DNA from: Eledone cirrhosa
Lineage: Eukaryota
NCBI GenBank assembly: GCA_964016885.1
Contig: OZ024742.1
Location: 335,606,001 to 335,670,000 of the forward strand
DNA length: 64,000 nucleotides
Direction: 5' to 3'
The position numbers and the translations under genes are program-made. Each line of letters begins with the position of its first letter. Position 1 is the first letter of the stretch. The notes under the pieces were generated by a model. That model was not told the origin of the DNA. It made no database searches and worked only from the letters and a program-made list of their open reading frames with translations. This document shows, piece by piece, positions 1 to 10,452 of the stretch.

Positions 1-353
1 ACATACATATATATATGTGTGTATGTATGTATATATATGTTTTATCTGATGAAAGCGGTGGCCCATGAAATATGTATAAAATAAATAGGGTTTTATAAAT
101 ATAGTTTCCATTTATTAATATATTGTATATATGTATGTATGTATGTAAAACAAAAAAAATATCAGCAATTAAATGTATTAAACTTCTGTAATACTTTTGA
201 AAATTTACATTGAGCCTTTTCTCCTTCCGGCTAGTACTTAGTACTACCATCCATATTTATAATCATATATAAGTATAAATATTATTATTATTACTATGTA
301 TGTATATGTATATGTATAATATAAGATCAAAAGATGGTTAAAAGAGTTCCATG

Positions 354-424
354 TATTTTATTGTGCGCATTTCAAAAACAAATATCATCATGCGATAACA
401 TTTGCGTTTTCGTCAGATAAAATA
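354..424 (-). ncRNA. Type I hammerhead ribozyme motif, probably inactive (U16.1 to C)
   Basis: Minus strand reads tattttat-CTGACGA-aaac gcaaatgttatcgcatgatgatatttg ttttt-GAAA-tgcgca-CA-ataaaata. It is the same motif as 7308-7378 but has CA instead of UA at the cleavage site. Confidence 0.65.
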
Positions 425-744
425 GGGAGACATGATATGAAGGTTAAAAAACACTTGTGAATAGTGAAGTTTTAAATCAACATATGAAAAGTAATTTAAG
501 ATTGATATGTGATATTGGGAAAAAAATGAGGGGGGGGGGGGGTGGAAAGGATGAAAAAGAGGAGGAGATGCGAGTAAAGAATGGTGGGGGAGGAGTATAA
601 TAAGGAAGGATGAGATAGGAGGAGAGATGGGTAATAGAAAGAGTGAGATAGCTTTCATAACTGAGAAAAATATATTGTTTTACAGAGAGAGGTTAAAAAG
701 TCGTTGGAAGATAATATAAAAATTAAAAGAATTTGAAAATTAAT

Positions 745-1976
745 GAAGAGAAAAAATTAAGAATAATGTTAAATTAACGTTTGTATATTGAAGGGTTTAA
801 TAATATGTGCGATGAAAAGAAATTGTTAATATGTATTAAGAATAATATTAAATTAAGGTTTGAATATTGAAGGGTTTAATAATATGTGCGATGGAAAGAA
901 ATTGTTAATATGTATTACGAATAATATTAAATTAAGCTTTGAATATTTCTTTGAATTTCTTTTCATCGCACATATTATTAAACCCTTCAATATTCAAACC
1001 TTAATTTAATATTATTCTTAATACATATTAACAATTTCTTTTCATCGCACATATTATTAAACCCTTCAATATTCAAACCTTAATTTAATATTATTCTTAA
1101 TACATATTAACAATTTCTTTTCATCGCACATATTATTAAACCCTTCAATATTCAAACCTTAATTTAATATTATTCTTAATACATATTAACAATTTCTTTT
1201 CATCGCACATATTATTAAACCCTTCAATATTCAAACCTTAATTTAACATTATTCTTAATTCATATTAACAATTTCTTTTCATCGCACATATTATTAAACC
1301 CTTCAATATACAAACCTTAATTTAACATTATTCTTAATACATATTAACAATTTCTTTTCATCGCACATATTATTAAACCCTTCAATATCCAAAGCTTAAT
1401 TTAATATTATTCTTAATACATATTAACAATTTCTTTTCATCGCACATATTATTAAACCCTTCAATATTCAAAGCTTAATTTAACATTATTCTTAATTCAT
1501 ATTAACAATTTCTTTTCATCGCACATATTATTAAACCCTTCAATATACAAACCTTAATTTAACATTATTCTTAATTCATATTAACAATTTCTTTTCATCG
1601 CACATATTATTAAACCCTTCAATATTCAAAGCTTAATTTAACATTATTCTTAATACATATTAACAATTTCTTTTCATCGCACATATTATTAAACCCTTCA
1701 ATATACAAACCTTAATTTAACATTATTCTTAATTCATATTAACAATTTCTTTTCATCGCACATATTATTAAACCCTTCAATATTCAAAGCTTAATTTAAT
1801 ATTATTCTTAATTCATATTAACAATTTCTTTTTATCGCACATATTATTAAACCCTTCAATATTCAAAGCTTAATTTAATATTATTCTTAATTCATATTAA
1901 CAATTTCTTTTCATCGCACATATTATTAAACCCTTCAATATTCAAAGCTTAATTTAACATTATTCTTAATTCATAT
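745..1976. repeat. 79-bp AT-rich tandem array (~2.5 inverted copies 745-947, ~13 direct copies 955-1976)
   Basis: tttcatcgca recurs at 961, 1040, 1119 and onward (period 79). The array resumes at 6812-6990 after the LTR insertion. Confidence 0.95.
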
Positions 1977-2212
1977 TGTTATGTATTCTTGTGGGTCTTG
2001 CTGGGATAATAAACAACTCACTGAAGGCGTTGGCATGATTCTACGTGTTTATTTACTTGGCATGTTTTAGCGGACTGATACATACTGTGCGTATCGGCCT
2101 TAGACACAGTTCCTACTGTTTACTAGATGCGCTTAATAAAATAGTACTAATAGTGGGGATGTATTCATTGTTATGTATATCTGCGCATACACATAGGTAT
2201 GAACGTGTAACA
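1977..2212 (-). repeat. 3' LTR
   Basis: TGTTA...TAACA termini. Matches 6576-6811 except one base. Minus-strand polypurine tract aagaagaaggga at 2213-2224 abuts it. Confidence 0.96.
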
Positions 2213-2408
2213 TCCCTTCTTCTTGAAAAAAAGGATCTTTTGGCAATGAAAAAAAAAAAAAGTAGAAGTAATTTGCCTTACACTAATGGAATGTCAGCGC
2301 AAGGGTGGCACTCCTGCAGCAGAAACCGTGAGATTATTCTGCCCACACACGTGGTTTTCTGCTTCCTAATCTAGCAGAAATAGTTTTTTCTTTTTTTTTT
2401 TTTTTCTT

Positions 2409-5400
2409 TTAACGGTATCGAATCGGTGGTAAAATGTTCGGTCTCCATCTGGCGGATCTTGTGCTCTGCACTGGTGTCTGAGGTGTGTTGTTAGGCTGCT
2501 GATAGGTGGTTGGTGCCCGTTGGGGTGATGATTCTGTGGAAGCATGGATTCTGTGTGTGTCGTCATCTGCTGTGGGTGTTGCGCATGTTATCCTCGATAG
2601 CTTTGGTGTTGGACGGATGTGGGCCCTGTTACGTCTCAGCTGCCTACCAGATTCAGTTTCTATAATATATGATCTTGGAGTTTCGGCTCTACTGACAACT
2701 TGTGCTGGGATCCATGTTTTGGTTATAGGATCTTGAGTATGCACATGCTGTCCTCCAAGTATCTCAGGTAAGTATTGTGCATGTTTGTTGTAATATTTCT
2801 GTGCTTGTTCTTGAGTGGCTGCTAGCTTTGCCTTTGTCTCTTCCTGGTCAATAGGAGGTTGGATCTTAGTTGGCAGGGTGGTTTTGTATTTCCTGCCATT
2901 CAGCATTTCTGCTGGGGATTTCATGTCAGTCATCAGTGGTGTCGCTCGTAGGACAGAAGTGCCAGGTGTGGATCTTCCTTAGTTTCTCGGCATTTGACTA
3001 GTGTTCTCTTGACTGTCTGCACCTGTCTTTCTATGAATCCATGGCCTTTGGGGTAGTGTGGAGATGAGGTTATAATGTTGAACCCATACCCATCGGCTAG
3101 CTTTTTGAATTCCTGAGATGTGAACTGGGTTCCATTGTCACATATGATCTGCTCTGGTATTCCTTGCTCTGCTAGGAGTCCTCGAGCCACTGTAGTTATT
3201 GTTTTGGCCCTCAGGTCTTTCACTTTTCTTACAAATGGGAATTTGGAGTAGTAGCAGACCATAATCAAGTACCATTCTTGGTTCTCTGTGAACAGATCTA
3301 CTCCAATAGTTTGCCATGGCCTTCTTGGAATGTCACTGGATATCATTTCCTTCTTTTGTTGTGAGTTTCTGTACTTTTGACAGATGTGGCATGTAGGAAC
3401 CATCTTTTCTATGTCTTTGTACATGCCTATCCAATATACAGCTGACTTGGCTCGGAGTTTGCATTTTTCCATTCCCAGATGTCCTTGGTGGATCTTGACA
3501 AGAATCTCTTTTTGCATTGATTTGGGCATAATTATTCGGGATCCACCCATCAGGATTCCATTCTCCACTGATATGTCATCATGGATGGCCCAATATTCAC
3601 GAATGAGGGGCTGCACCTGATGTCTCTTCTCTGGCCACCCCTGAATCACCATCTGAGTGAGATGGAGTTCTTCATCTTTGTTGGTCTCCTCTTTGATTTG
3701 TTCCAGCTTTGTGTTTGTCACATTTACAATGTGGTGGACCTTTACACTTAGTCCTTCCATTTCCTGTTTATCATGTGAGGATAGTCTGGAAAGAGCATCC
3801 GCCAATATCAGGTCCTTTCCTGGCTTGTACCTGATATTGTAGTCATATTTTTGGAGCCTCAACAGTAACCTTTGTAGTCTGGCTGGTGCTTTTGTGAGTT
3901 TTTTTTTGTATATTTGTACTAGCGGGCGATGGTCTGACTCAATATTGAAATATCTGCCATACAGGAATGTGTGAAACTTTTCACAGCCATACACTACTGC
4001 CAGGAGTTCCCTTTCAATGTTTGCATACCTTGTCTCTGTGGGTGAGAGAGCTTTCGAGGCATATGCAATAGGTTTACCTTCTTGTATCAATGCTGCGCCA
4101 ACTCCTCTCATAGAAGCATCAACTTGGAGTGTTACTGGTTTGCATCTATCATAGTTCTGCAGAGTTGTCTCCTTACTGATGAGCTTTTTGATTGCATTGA
4201 AATCCTGTGTGTGCAAAGCACACCAATCAAACTCTGTCATCTTTCATTAGCTCTCGGAGGTTTGCAGTGTGATCGGCCAGCTTAGGTATGAAGGCTCCCA
4301 TATAGTGGATGAGTCCCAGGAAGCTTCTGAGTTCCTTCTTATCTTTGGGTTCTCTGATGTCACTGATGGCTTCCACTTTAGCGGGGTCTGGTTTTACTCC
4401 CTCTGCAGAGTATATCATTCCAAAAAATTTGCACTCTTTTGCTTTGATCACACACTTGTTTACATTGAATTTGATACCTGCTTGTCGGGTTTTCTCCATA
4501 GCTTCATGTAAATTGAAGTCATGTGTGATCTCATCCTTGCCATGGACTTGGATATCGTCTGCTATCCCAATTGCTCCCTTGCAGCCTTGGTAGGCCTCAT
4601 CTATTTGGCACTGGAAAACATCTTGGCTCACCTTCAATCCAAATGGGAGTCGGTTGAATCGGTATCTGCCAAATGGTGTGAAGAAGGTAGTTAGCATCGA
4701 TGATTCTTTGTCTATCTTTACATTCCAGTACCCATTACTGGCATCCAGTTTGCTGAATATCTTGGATCCAGCTAATGATAGTGTGATTTCTTCAAGGGTT
4801 GGAATTGGGTAGTAATCTCGTTTTAGTGCCATGTTCAGATCTCTTGGGTCGAGGCATATTCGTAAGGTACCATTGGCTTTTTCTTTGATTACAATTGAAT
4901 TCACCCAGTCAGTTGGTCATGTCACTTTGGTGATTATTTCCTTCTTCACCATTTTGTCTAACTCTGCCTTCAGCTTCTCTTTTAATTCCAGCGGAACGCG
5001 GCGAGGTGGGTGAACAATTGGTTTGGCATTGGGGTCGACTGTTATATGGTATCGACATTTCTCAAAACACCCGACTGTATCGTCAAAGCATTCTGGGTAC
5101 ATGCTTATCAGTTCTTCTTTATTTGTGATTGGTGGTCGGTCTTCGATAGGCATATCTCTGTCAATCCTGCTTGGAGCTGCCTTCACTTCCCCGTTGATTG
5201 ACACAATATTAAGCCTTTGACAGGTATTAAGTCCAAGAATTGCAGGTCCTTCTGTTCTTGTGACATAAAAAGAACACTTGATTATTTTTCCTTTGTGTGT
5301 CCCTGTAATGGTTGTTTTGCCCAGTTGTGGAATCCTGGTACCTCCGGATGCAGTGAGGATTACATCACTTGGTGTGAGGATTCCTTCTTTGACTTTATCC

Positions 5401-5486
5401 TCTTGTGTCATGTGTTCTGGGAACATCTTTTTGTAGAGGTTGACAGGCAAGATATCACTCTGGGCTCCAGTGTCAATCTTTAGCTT
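2409..5486 (-). pseudogene. Gypsy pol (aspartic protease, RT, RNase H, integrase), disrupted
   Basis: KLKIDTGAQ (PR); LRICLDPRDLN, KLDASNGYW, RLPFGL, IADDI (RT); VDAS, YANIERELLAV, SDHRPL (RNase H); HQGHLG..C..C, DLF, DNGTQF, GFIERQVQT (IN). In-frame TGA at 4917-4919 and frameshifts near 4235 and 2940. Confidence 0.95.
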
Positions 5487-6452
5487 TCAGTCAATGTTTA
5501 TTCGTTTCTTGCCTGACGTCTTTTGGATTTGTATTGTTGTGTATGCTTCATTTTTTTTCTGGTTGTCATTTCCCATCTCATGTACATTTATTGTGCCGAC
5601 TGCCAAGAAATCCTCCGCTGAGGTGTTTTCTTCCTGTTGTTGGGCATGTATGTCTCTTTGTCTTCTCTTTCCGCTCCTCTTTGGAAACTGGGGTTTGTAT
5701 TTGTGAGATTTTGTTAGTCTACACATTTTTCCCCAGTGGTTGGGCTTTCCACATGCTTTGCAGTGTGTACCGAATGCAGGACATTTCCTCCGGTCATTGA
5801 ACTCATGCTCTGTACCGCAGTACTGGCATGTTCTCTGTTTGTGGGTATGTTTCATTCTATGTCTGGATACAATATCTACACTGGTGCCTATTGTGTTTGT
5901 TTGTAAAGTAAGTGAGGCCATTTGTTTGGTAGTGGCTTCGAATGCTCTTACAGTGTCTACTGCTTCCATCAACTGGAGAGCGTCCTTACCTATGAGGGAT
6001 TTCTGGACTTCTTTGTGAGCACACCCCCATATGAGTTGATCAACAATCCTTTCGTCCTTGTCTTTGAATCTGCATTTCTCGGCAACATTCTTTAGTCTGG
6101 ACAGGAAGTTGTCAATTGTTTCTTGTGAGTTTTGTGACAGGCCCTGGAATTCGTACCTATGAATTCTATGGTTTGATCTGGGCTCTAGGTGCCTTTTAAA
6201 TTTCTCTAACAGTGTGTCTGGATTATTGCAATCCGATTCTGACATGTCCCAACTATTGAATAGGTCTAGGCCCTTCTCTCCCGTCCATAAAAGGATGTAG
6301 CTTACCCTTTCATCGGCAGTTGTACCTTTCAGGAAGCTTTTGAAAACCAATTGAGTTTTCTGTTTGAATTTCTTGAACGCTTCCACGATATCATCGGCAT
6401 CCCAGTTCATGGTCGGATGTAGATTCATCTGTACGGTGACGGGGGCCGCCAT
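5487..6452 (-). CDS. Gag of the Gypsy element (two Cys/His knuckles)
   Basis: 321-aa ORF with CQYCGTEH...C and CKACGKPNHWGKMC. It is in frame with the protease across a single TGA at 5487-5489. Confidence 0.9.
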   Translation of the reverse strand: MAAPVTVQMNLHPTMNWDADDIVEAFKKFKQKTQLVFKSFLKGTTADERVSYILLWTGEKGLDLFNSWDMSESDCNNPDTLLEKFKRHLEPRSNHRIHRYEFQGLSQNSQETIDNFLSRLKNVAEKCRFKDKDERIVDQLIWGCAHKEVQKSLIGKDALQLMEAVDTVRAFEATTKQMASLTLQTNTIGTSVDIVSRHRMKHTHKQRTCQYCGTEHEFNDRRKCPAFGTHCKACGKPNHWGKMCRLTKSHKYKPQFPKRSGKRRQRDIHAQQQEENTSAEDFLAVGTINVHEMGNDNQKKNEAYTTIQIQKTSGKKRINID

Positions 6453-6564
6453 TTTGGATTCTCGTTTGTGTGTACGAAGACGAAGTGATATTCAGTTTGT
6501 TAAATTTCAGGTTTATTGTGTTCCTGTTTTGTTGTAAAGGCACGGTTTTCGATTAAGTATTTAT

Positions 6565-6575
6565 CGCTGCCACCA
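6565..6575 (-). promoter_or_regulatory. Primer binding site, tRNA-Leu-like
   Basis: TGGTGGCAGCG directly after the 5' LTR, complementary to a tRNA 3' end CGCUGCCACCA (Leu AAG/UAG type, from recall). Confidence 0.8.
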
Positions 6576-6811
6576 TGTTATGTATTCTTGTGGGTCTTGC
6601 TGGGATAATAAACAACTCACTGAAGGCGTTGGCATGATTCTACGTGTTTATTTACTTGGCATGTTTTAGCGGACTGATACATACTGTGCGTATCGGCCTT
6701 AGACACAGTTCCTACTGTTTACTAGATGCGCTTAATAAAATAGTACTAATAGTGGGGATGTATTCATTGTTATGTATATCTGCGCATACACATAGGTATG
6801 AACGTGTAATA
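6576..6811 (-). repeat. 5' LTR
   Basis: Copy of 1977-2212; ends taata instead of taaca (C>T at 6810). Confidence 0.96.
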
Positions 6812-7307
6812 CATATTAACAATTTCTTTTCATCGCACATATTATTAAACCCTTCAATATTCAAACCTTAATTTAATATTATTCTTAATACATATTAACA
6901 ATTTCTTTTCATCGCACATATTATTAAACCCTTCAATATACAAACCTTAATTTAACATTATTCTTAATACATATTAGCAATTTCTTTTCATTAATTTTCA
7001 AATTCTTTTAACTTATACATTATCTTCCAACGACTTTTTAACCTCTCTCTGTAAAACAATATATTTTTCTCAGTTATAAAAGCTATCTCACTCTTTCTAT
7101 CACCCATCTCTCCTCCTATCTCATCCTTCCTTATTATACTCCTCCCCCACCATTCTTTACTCTCATCTCCTCCTCTTTTTCATCCTTTCCACCCCCCCCC
7201 CCTCATTTTTTTCCCAATATCACATATCAATCTTAAATTACTTTTCATATGTTGATTTAAAACTGCACTATTCACAAGTGTTTTTTAACCTTCATATCAT
7301 GTCTCCC

Positions 7308-7378
7308 TATTTTATCTGACGAAAACGCAAATGTCATTGCATGATGATATTTGGTTTTGAAATGCGCATAATAAAATA
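7308..7378 (+). ncRNA. Type I minimal hammerhead ribozyme, intact core
   Basis: Stem I tattttat/ataaaata (8 bp); CTGACGA 7316-7322; long stem II; GAAA 7359-7362; palindromic stem III ATGCGCAT; AUA cleavage triplet ending at 7370. Confidence 0.85.
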
Positions 7379-7500
7379 CATGGAACTCTTTTAACCATCT
7401 TTTGATCTTATTATTTATACTCCAGTCCTACAAACTGTAGCGTGCTACTTATCCGATATCTGCATTGCTTTATTGTACTACAATAAAACTCACCTCCTAC

Positions 7501-7542
<42 letters not shown>

Positions 7543-7756
7543 ATATAATATTTATTTTATTATACTTATTTCGAAGACATGTCATTTGTATAATATCTGC
7601 CCTACGTGTTTTCTTCCGACAAAAATCCATGCAAGATGTAAATATCCGTTGATATGAGATATTCGTTGATATCCGTTGATATGACAACATGTAGGGCAGA
7701 TGTTATACAAATGAAATGGGCAAATGATACCGTCTTTCTTGTTTATTATTATAACC

Positions 7757-7860
7757 TGCCGAGGTTAACTTTGCCTTTCATCATTATGGGGTCGATAAAA
7801 TAAAGTACCAATAATACACTGGAGAATTGCTGGCCTTGTGCCAAAGTAGAAACAATTATT
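7757..7860 (+). mobile_element. SINE fragment (Meta-like central domain)
   Basis: gccgaggttaactttgcctttcatc...ggggtcgataaaataaagtacca...gaaacaattatt. The same sequence occurs at 37855, 38080, 40020, 50210 and 50910. Confidence 0.7.
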
Positions 7861-8239
7861 ACAATAAAACTCCGGATAAACATAAACTGTTGAGTGTTTG
7901 TCATCTCTTATGAAAGTCGGCAGATTTTCAATCAACCAACTTTCCTTAGTTGAATAAATATATGTATGTATATATATACGTATATTTTCTTTAATATTGC
8001 AACATTAAAGGAATATATCCTTCTGAAAGAATCGCGAGCAATTTATAATGTTATTTAAGCATTGGTAATGTTATTTATGTATATATTTAAAACATATTTG
8101 CTGTTATTCTACTGTAAATATATTTATATGCTTTGTATTTATTATATTTACACAAATAATGAATCTGTATATTAAAACATCGTTTGTATTATTCAATCAG
8201 TTTATTGAACAACTAGAATGCTCATCGTCAAGTACTTTA

Positions 8240-8662
8240 TACATATATATATGTGTGTGTGTGTGTATGTATGTATGAATCTATTTATATGTATGTATAT
8301 CTATATATATATGTGTGTGTGTATGTATATGTGTGTGTGTGTATGTATATGTGTGTATGTATATGTGTATGTATATATGTGTGTATGTATATATGTGTGT
8401 ATGCATATGTGTGTGTATGCATATGTGTGTGTGTGTATGTATATATATGTGTGTGTATGTATATATATATATATGAAGATAAATTAACGGAGCCATAGAG
8501 TCGCGTTATTCCTTGTAAATTATGTGCTGAAAGGGAAAGGAATCCTATACATATTGTATATGTATATATATTTGCATGTATATGTGTATATATATATGCG
8601 TATTTGTGTATATGTGTATGTATGTATATATATATGTGTATTTGTATATATGTATATGTGTG

Positions 8663-8708
<46 letters not shown>

Positions 8709-8727
8709 TGTCTATATATATATATAG
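8240..8727. repeat. (TA/TG)n microsatellite field
   Basis: Degenerate TATG/TG/TA tracts. Confidence 0.9.
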
Positions 8728-8793
8728 ATGTAATCTGAATTTTCTAGATGTAATCTGAATAGTATGGTAGAATATTAAGTGTCAAATGTTAAT

Positions 8794-8832
8794 TGAACAA
8801 GTACTTTTATGCTTTCGCAATCTTCAGGTTCA
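8794..8832 (-). ncRNA. Minimal hammerhead motif, G12 to A (probably inactive)
   Basis: tgaac-CTGAAGA-ttgcgaaagcat-AAAA-gtac-TT-gttca. Confidence 0.6.
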
Positions 8833-9119
8833 TATTCTGTGGTGACAGTCAAGTTTGCAATTTTCAACTGTAATGAGATGGGTAAATTTTGTGCCTTATA
8901 TACAGTGAAAAGCGGCTACAGAATGCTATATTTTGCAAACTGTATTTCGACCAATTGGTGTGTAGTTTCAATGGATTACTGAAGCTGATTGGTTTAGGCG
9001 TCATTGTTGGTTGAGCATGTCTAATGACTTCTATTTGGCTCTATCCAAAGCATCAATTGTTTTGCTATTTTTAGAAATGATGTAAATAGCATTTTCTAGG
9101 GTTTTTATACCCCTAAGAA

Positions 9120-9443
9120 TTATAATTGTTCATTTAGCTTGGGTTGGAATTTATCAATAACATTCTTTTCTTTGATTTTTCTCTTGATTTCACTTGGCCT
9201 GTGTAATTTGTAGAATGGAAATATAAATATTTTCTGACCACTTGTTGCTAGATGGTTACTCAGGGGTATCTGACAGACATTTGGGTCTCTGATTTGCTGT
9301 CGGTGCACCCGTGCACGTTCCGATAGTGCATTTCCAGTTTGACCGACATATAGTTCTTCACAATTCGGGCATTTAATGCAATAAATTAGATTTCTGCTTT
9401 TGCAGTTCATATTTGCATTTGGGAATATTTTTAAAAATTCCAA
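9120..9443 (-). pseudogene. Penelope GIY-YIG endonuclease fragment
   Basis: NCKSRNLIYCIKCPNCEELYVGQTG..LSER..VH...LSNHL...KE..I.KF.PKLN. Confidence 0.9.
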
Positions 9444-9756
9444 TCCAAACTAAATGAACAATAATAATTCTTAGAGGTAAAAAAAACCCCTAGAAAATGC
9501 TATTTTCATCATTTCTAAAAATAGCAAAACAATTGATGCTTTGAATAGGACCAAATAGAAGTTGTTAGACATGCCCAACCAACCGTGATGCCTAAACCAA
9601 TCAGCTTCAGTAATCCAGTGAAACTACACACCGATTGGTCGAAATACAGTTTGCAAAATTTAGCATTCTGTAGCCGCTTTTCACTCTATATAAGGCACAA
9701 AATTTACCCATCTCATTACAGTTGAAAATTGTTAACTTGACTGTCACCACAGAATA

Positions 9757-9795
9757 TGAACCTGAAGATTGCGAAAGCATGAAATTACTTGTTCA
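9757..9795 (+). ncRNA. Minimal hammerhead motif
   Basis: tgaac-CTGAAGA-ttgc gaaa gcat-GAAA-ttac-TT-gttca. Stem I is 5 bp and stem II has a GNRA loop. The stem III palindrome is broken relative to the other arm (gtac). Confidence 0.7.
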
Positions 9796-10452
9796 ATTAA
9801 CACTTAACACTTAATATTCTACCATACTATTTCATTCTAATACCATTATAATTTTAAAGGATTGTAAATAAAACGAGTAAATCAGACAAAGTTGGAATTC
9901 CTTTTATTAATATAATCTTCTATACACAATCATACACACCCGTGTATATTTATTTATATATATATGTATATATATATATATATATATAGCTTTTACGCTA
10001 TTTTGTAGTATCTCTGTTCAGGAACACACCACTTATATTAAATTTATCTCCCTGGAGCTTTGTAAAAGTCTGAGAGATTGGCTACATATATGTTTTATAT
10101 ATATATTTTTTTTTGTTTAGATGGAAGACAAAACAAAGAAGATGAATACAAAGATGAAGAAGAGAAAGATAAAGATGAAGAACCTCACTGCACCACACTG
10201 CACAACACCGCACTGCACAACACCGCACTGCACCACACCACATCGCAGTGCACCGCACCACATCACACCACACTTCACCACACCCCATAAAAACATACAA
10301 CACTACACCACACTACTCCACACCACAACACAACACTCTTCACTACTCCACTCCACATAAAAACACACCACAACACACCACCCCTCACTACATCACACCA
10401 CACTACTCCACACCACACACACCACATAACACCAAAAATGTTTTCCTTATCT

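Larger units (their letters stand above)
1977..6811 (-). mobile_element. Full-length Ty3/Gypsy LTR retrotransposon (Mag-like), disrupted gag-pol
   Basis: Two 236-bp LTRs, 5-bp TSD CATAT (1972-1976 and 6812-6816), PBS TGGTGGCAGCG next to the 5' LTR, PPT next to the 3' LTR, domain order gag-PR-RT-RNaseH-IN. Confidence 0.97.
320..7412. mobile_element. Inverted (foldback) Penelope-like structure with internal 79-bp array, interrupted by an LTR retrotransposon
   Basis: ~320-950 is the reverse complement of ~6812-7412 (e.g. ataagatcaaaagatggttaaaagagttccatg / catggaactcttttaaccatcttttgatcttat). Each arm ends in a hammerhead motif pointing outward. An inverted 5'-truncated pLTR plus a hammerhead is typical of Penelope-like elements. 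No RT or GIY-YIG ORF is seen here, so the PLE assignment is inference. Confidence 0.7.
8758..9832 (-). mobile_element. 5'-truncated Penelope-like element with inverted pLTR
   Basis: GIY-YIG C-terminus (9120-9443) plus 3' region on the minus strand. 9445-9832 is an inverted copy of ~8758-9148. Both arms carry hammerhead motifs. Confidence 0.9.

Noticed and set aside
3384-6018. Plus-strand ORFs overlapping the LTR element
   Set aside because: Antisense shadows of gag-pol.
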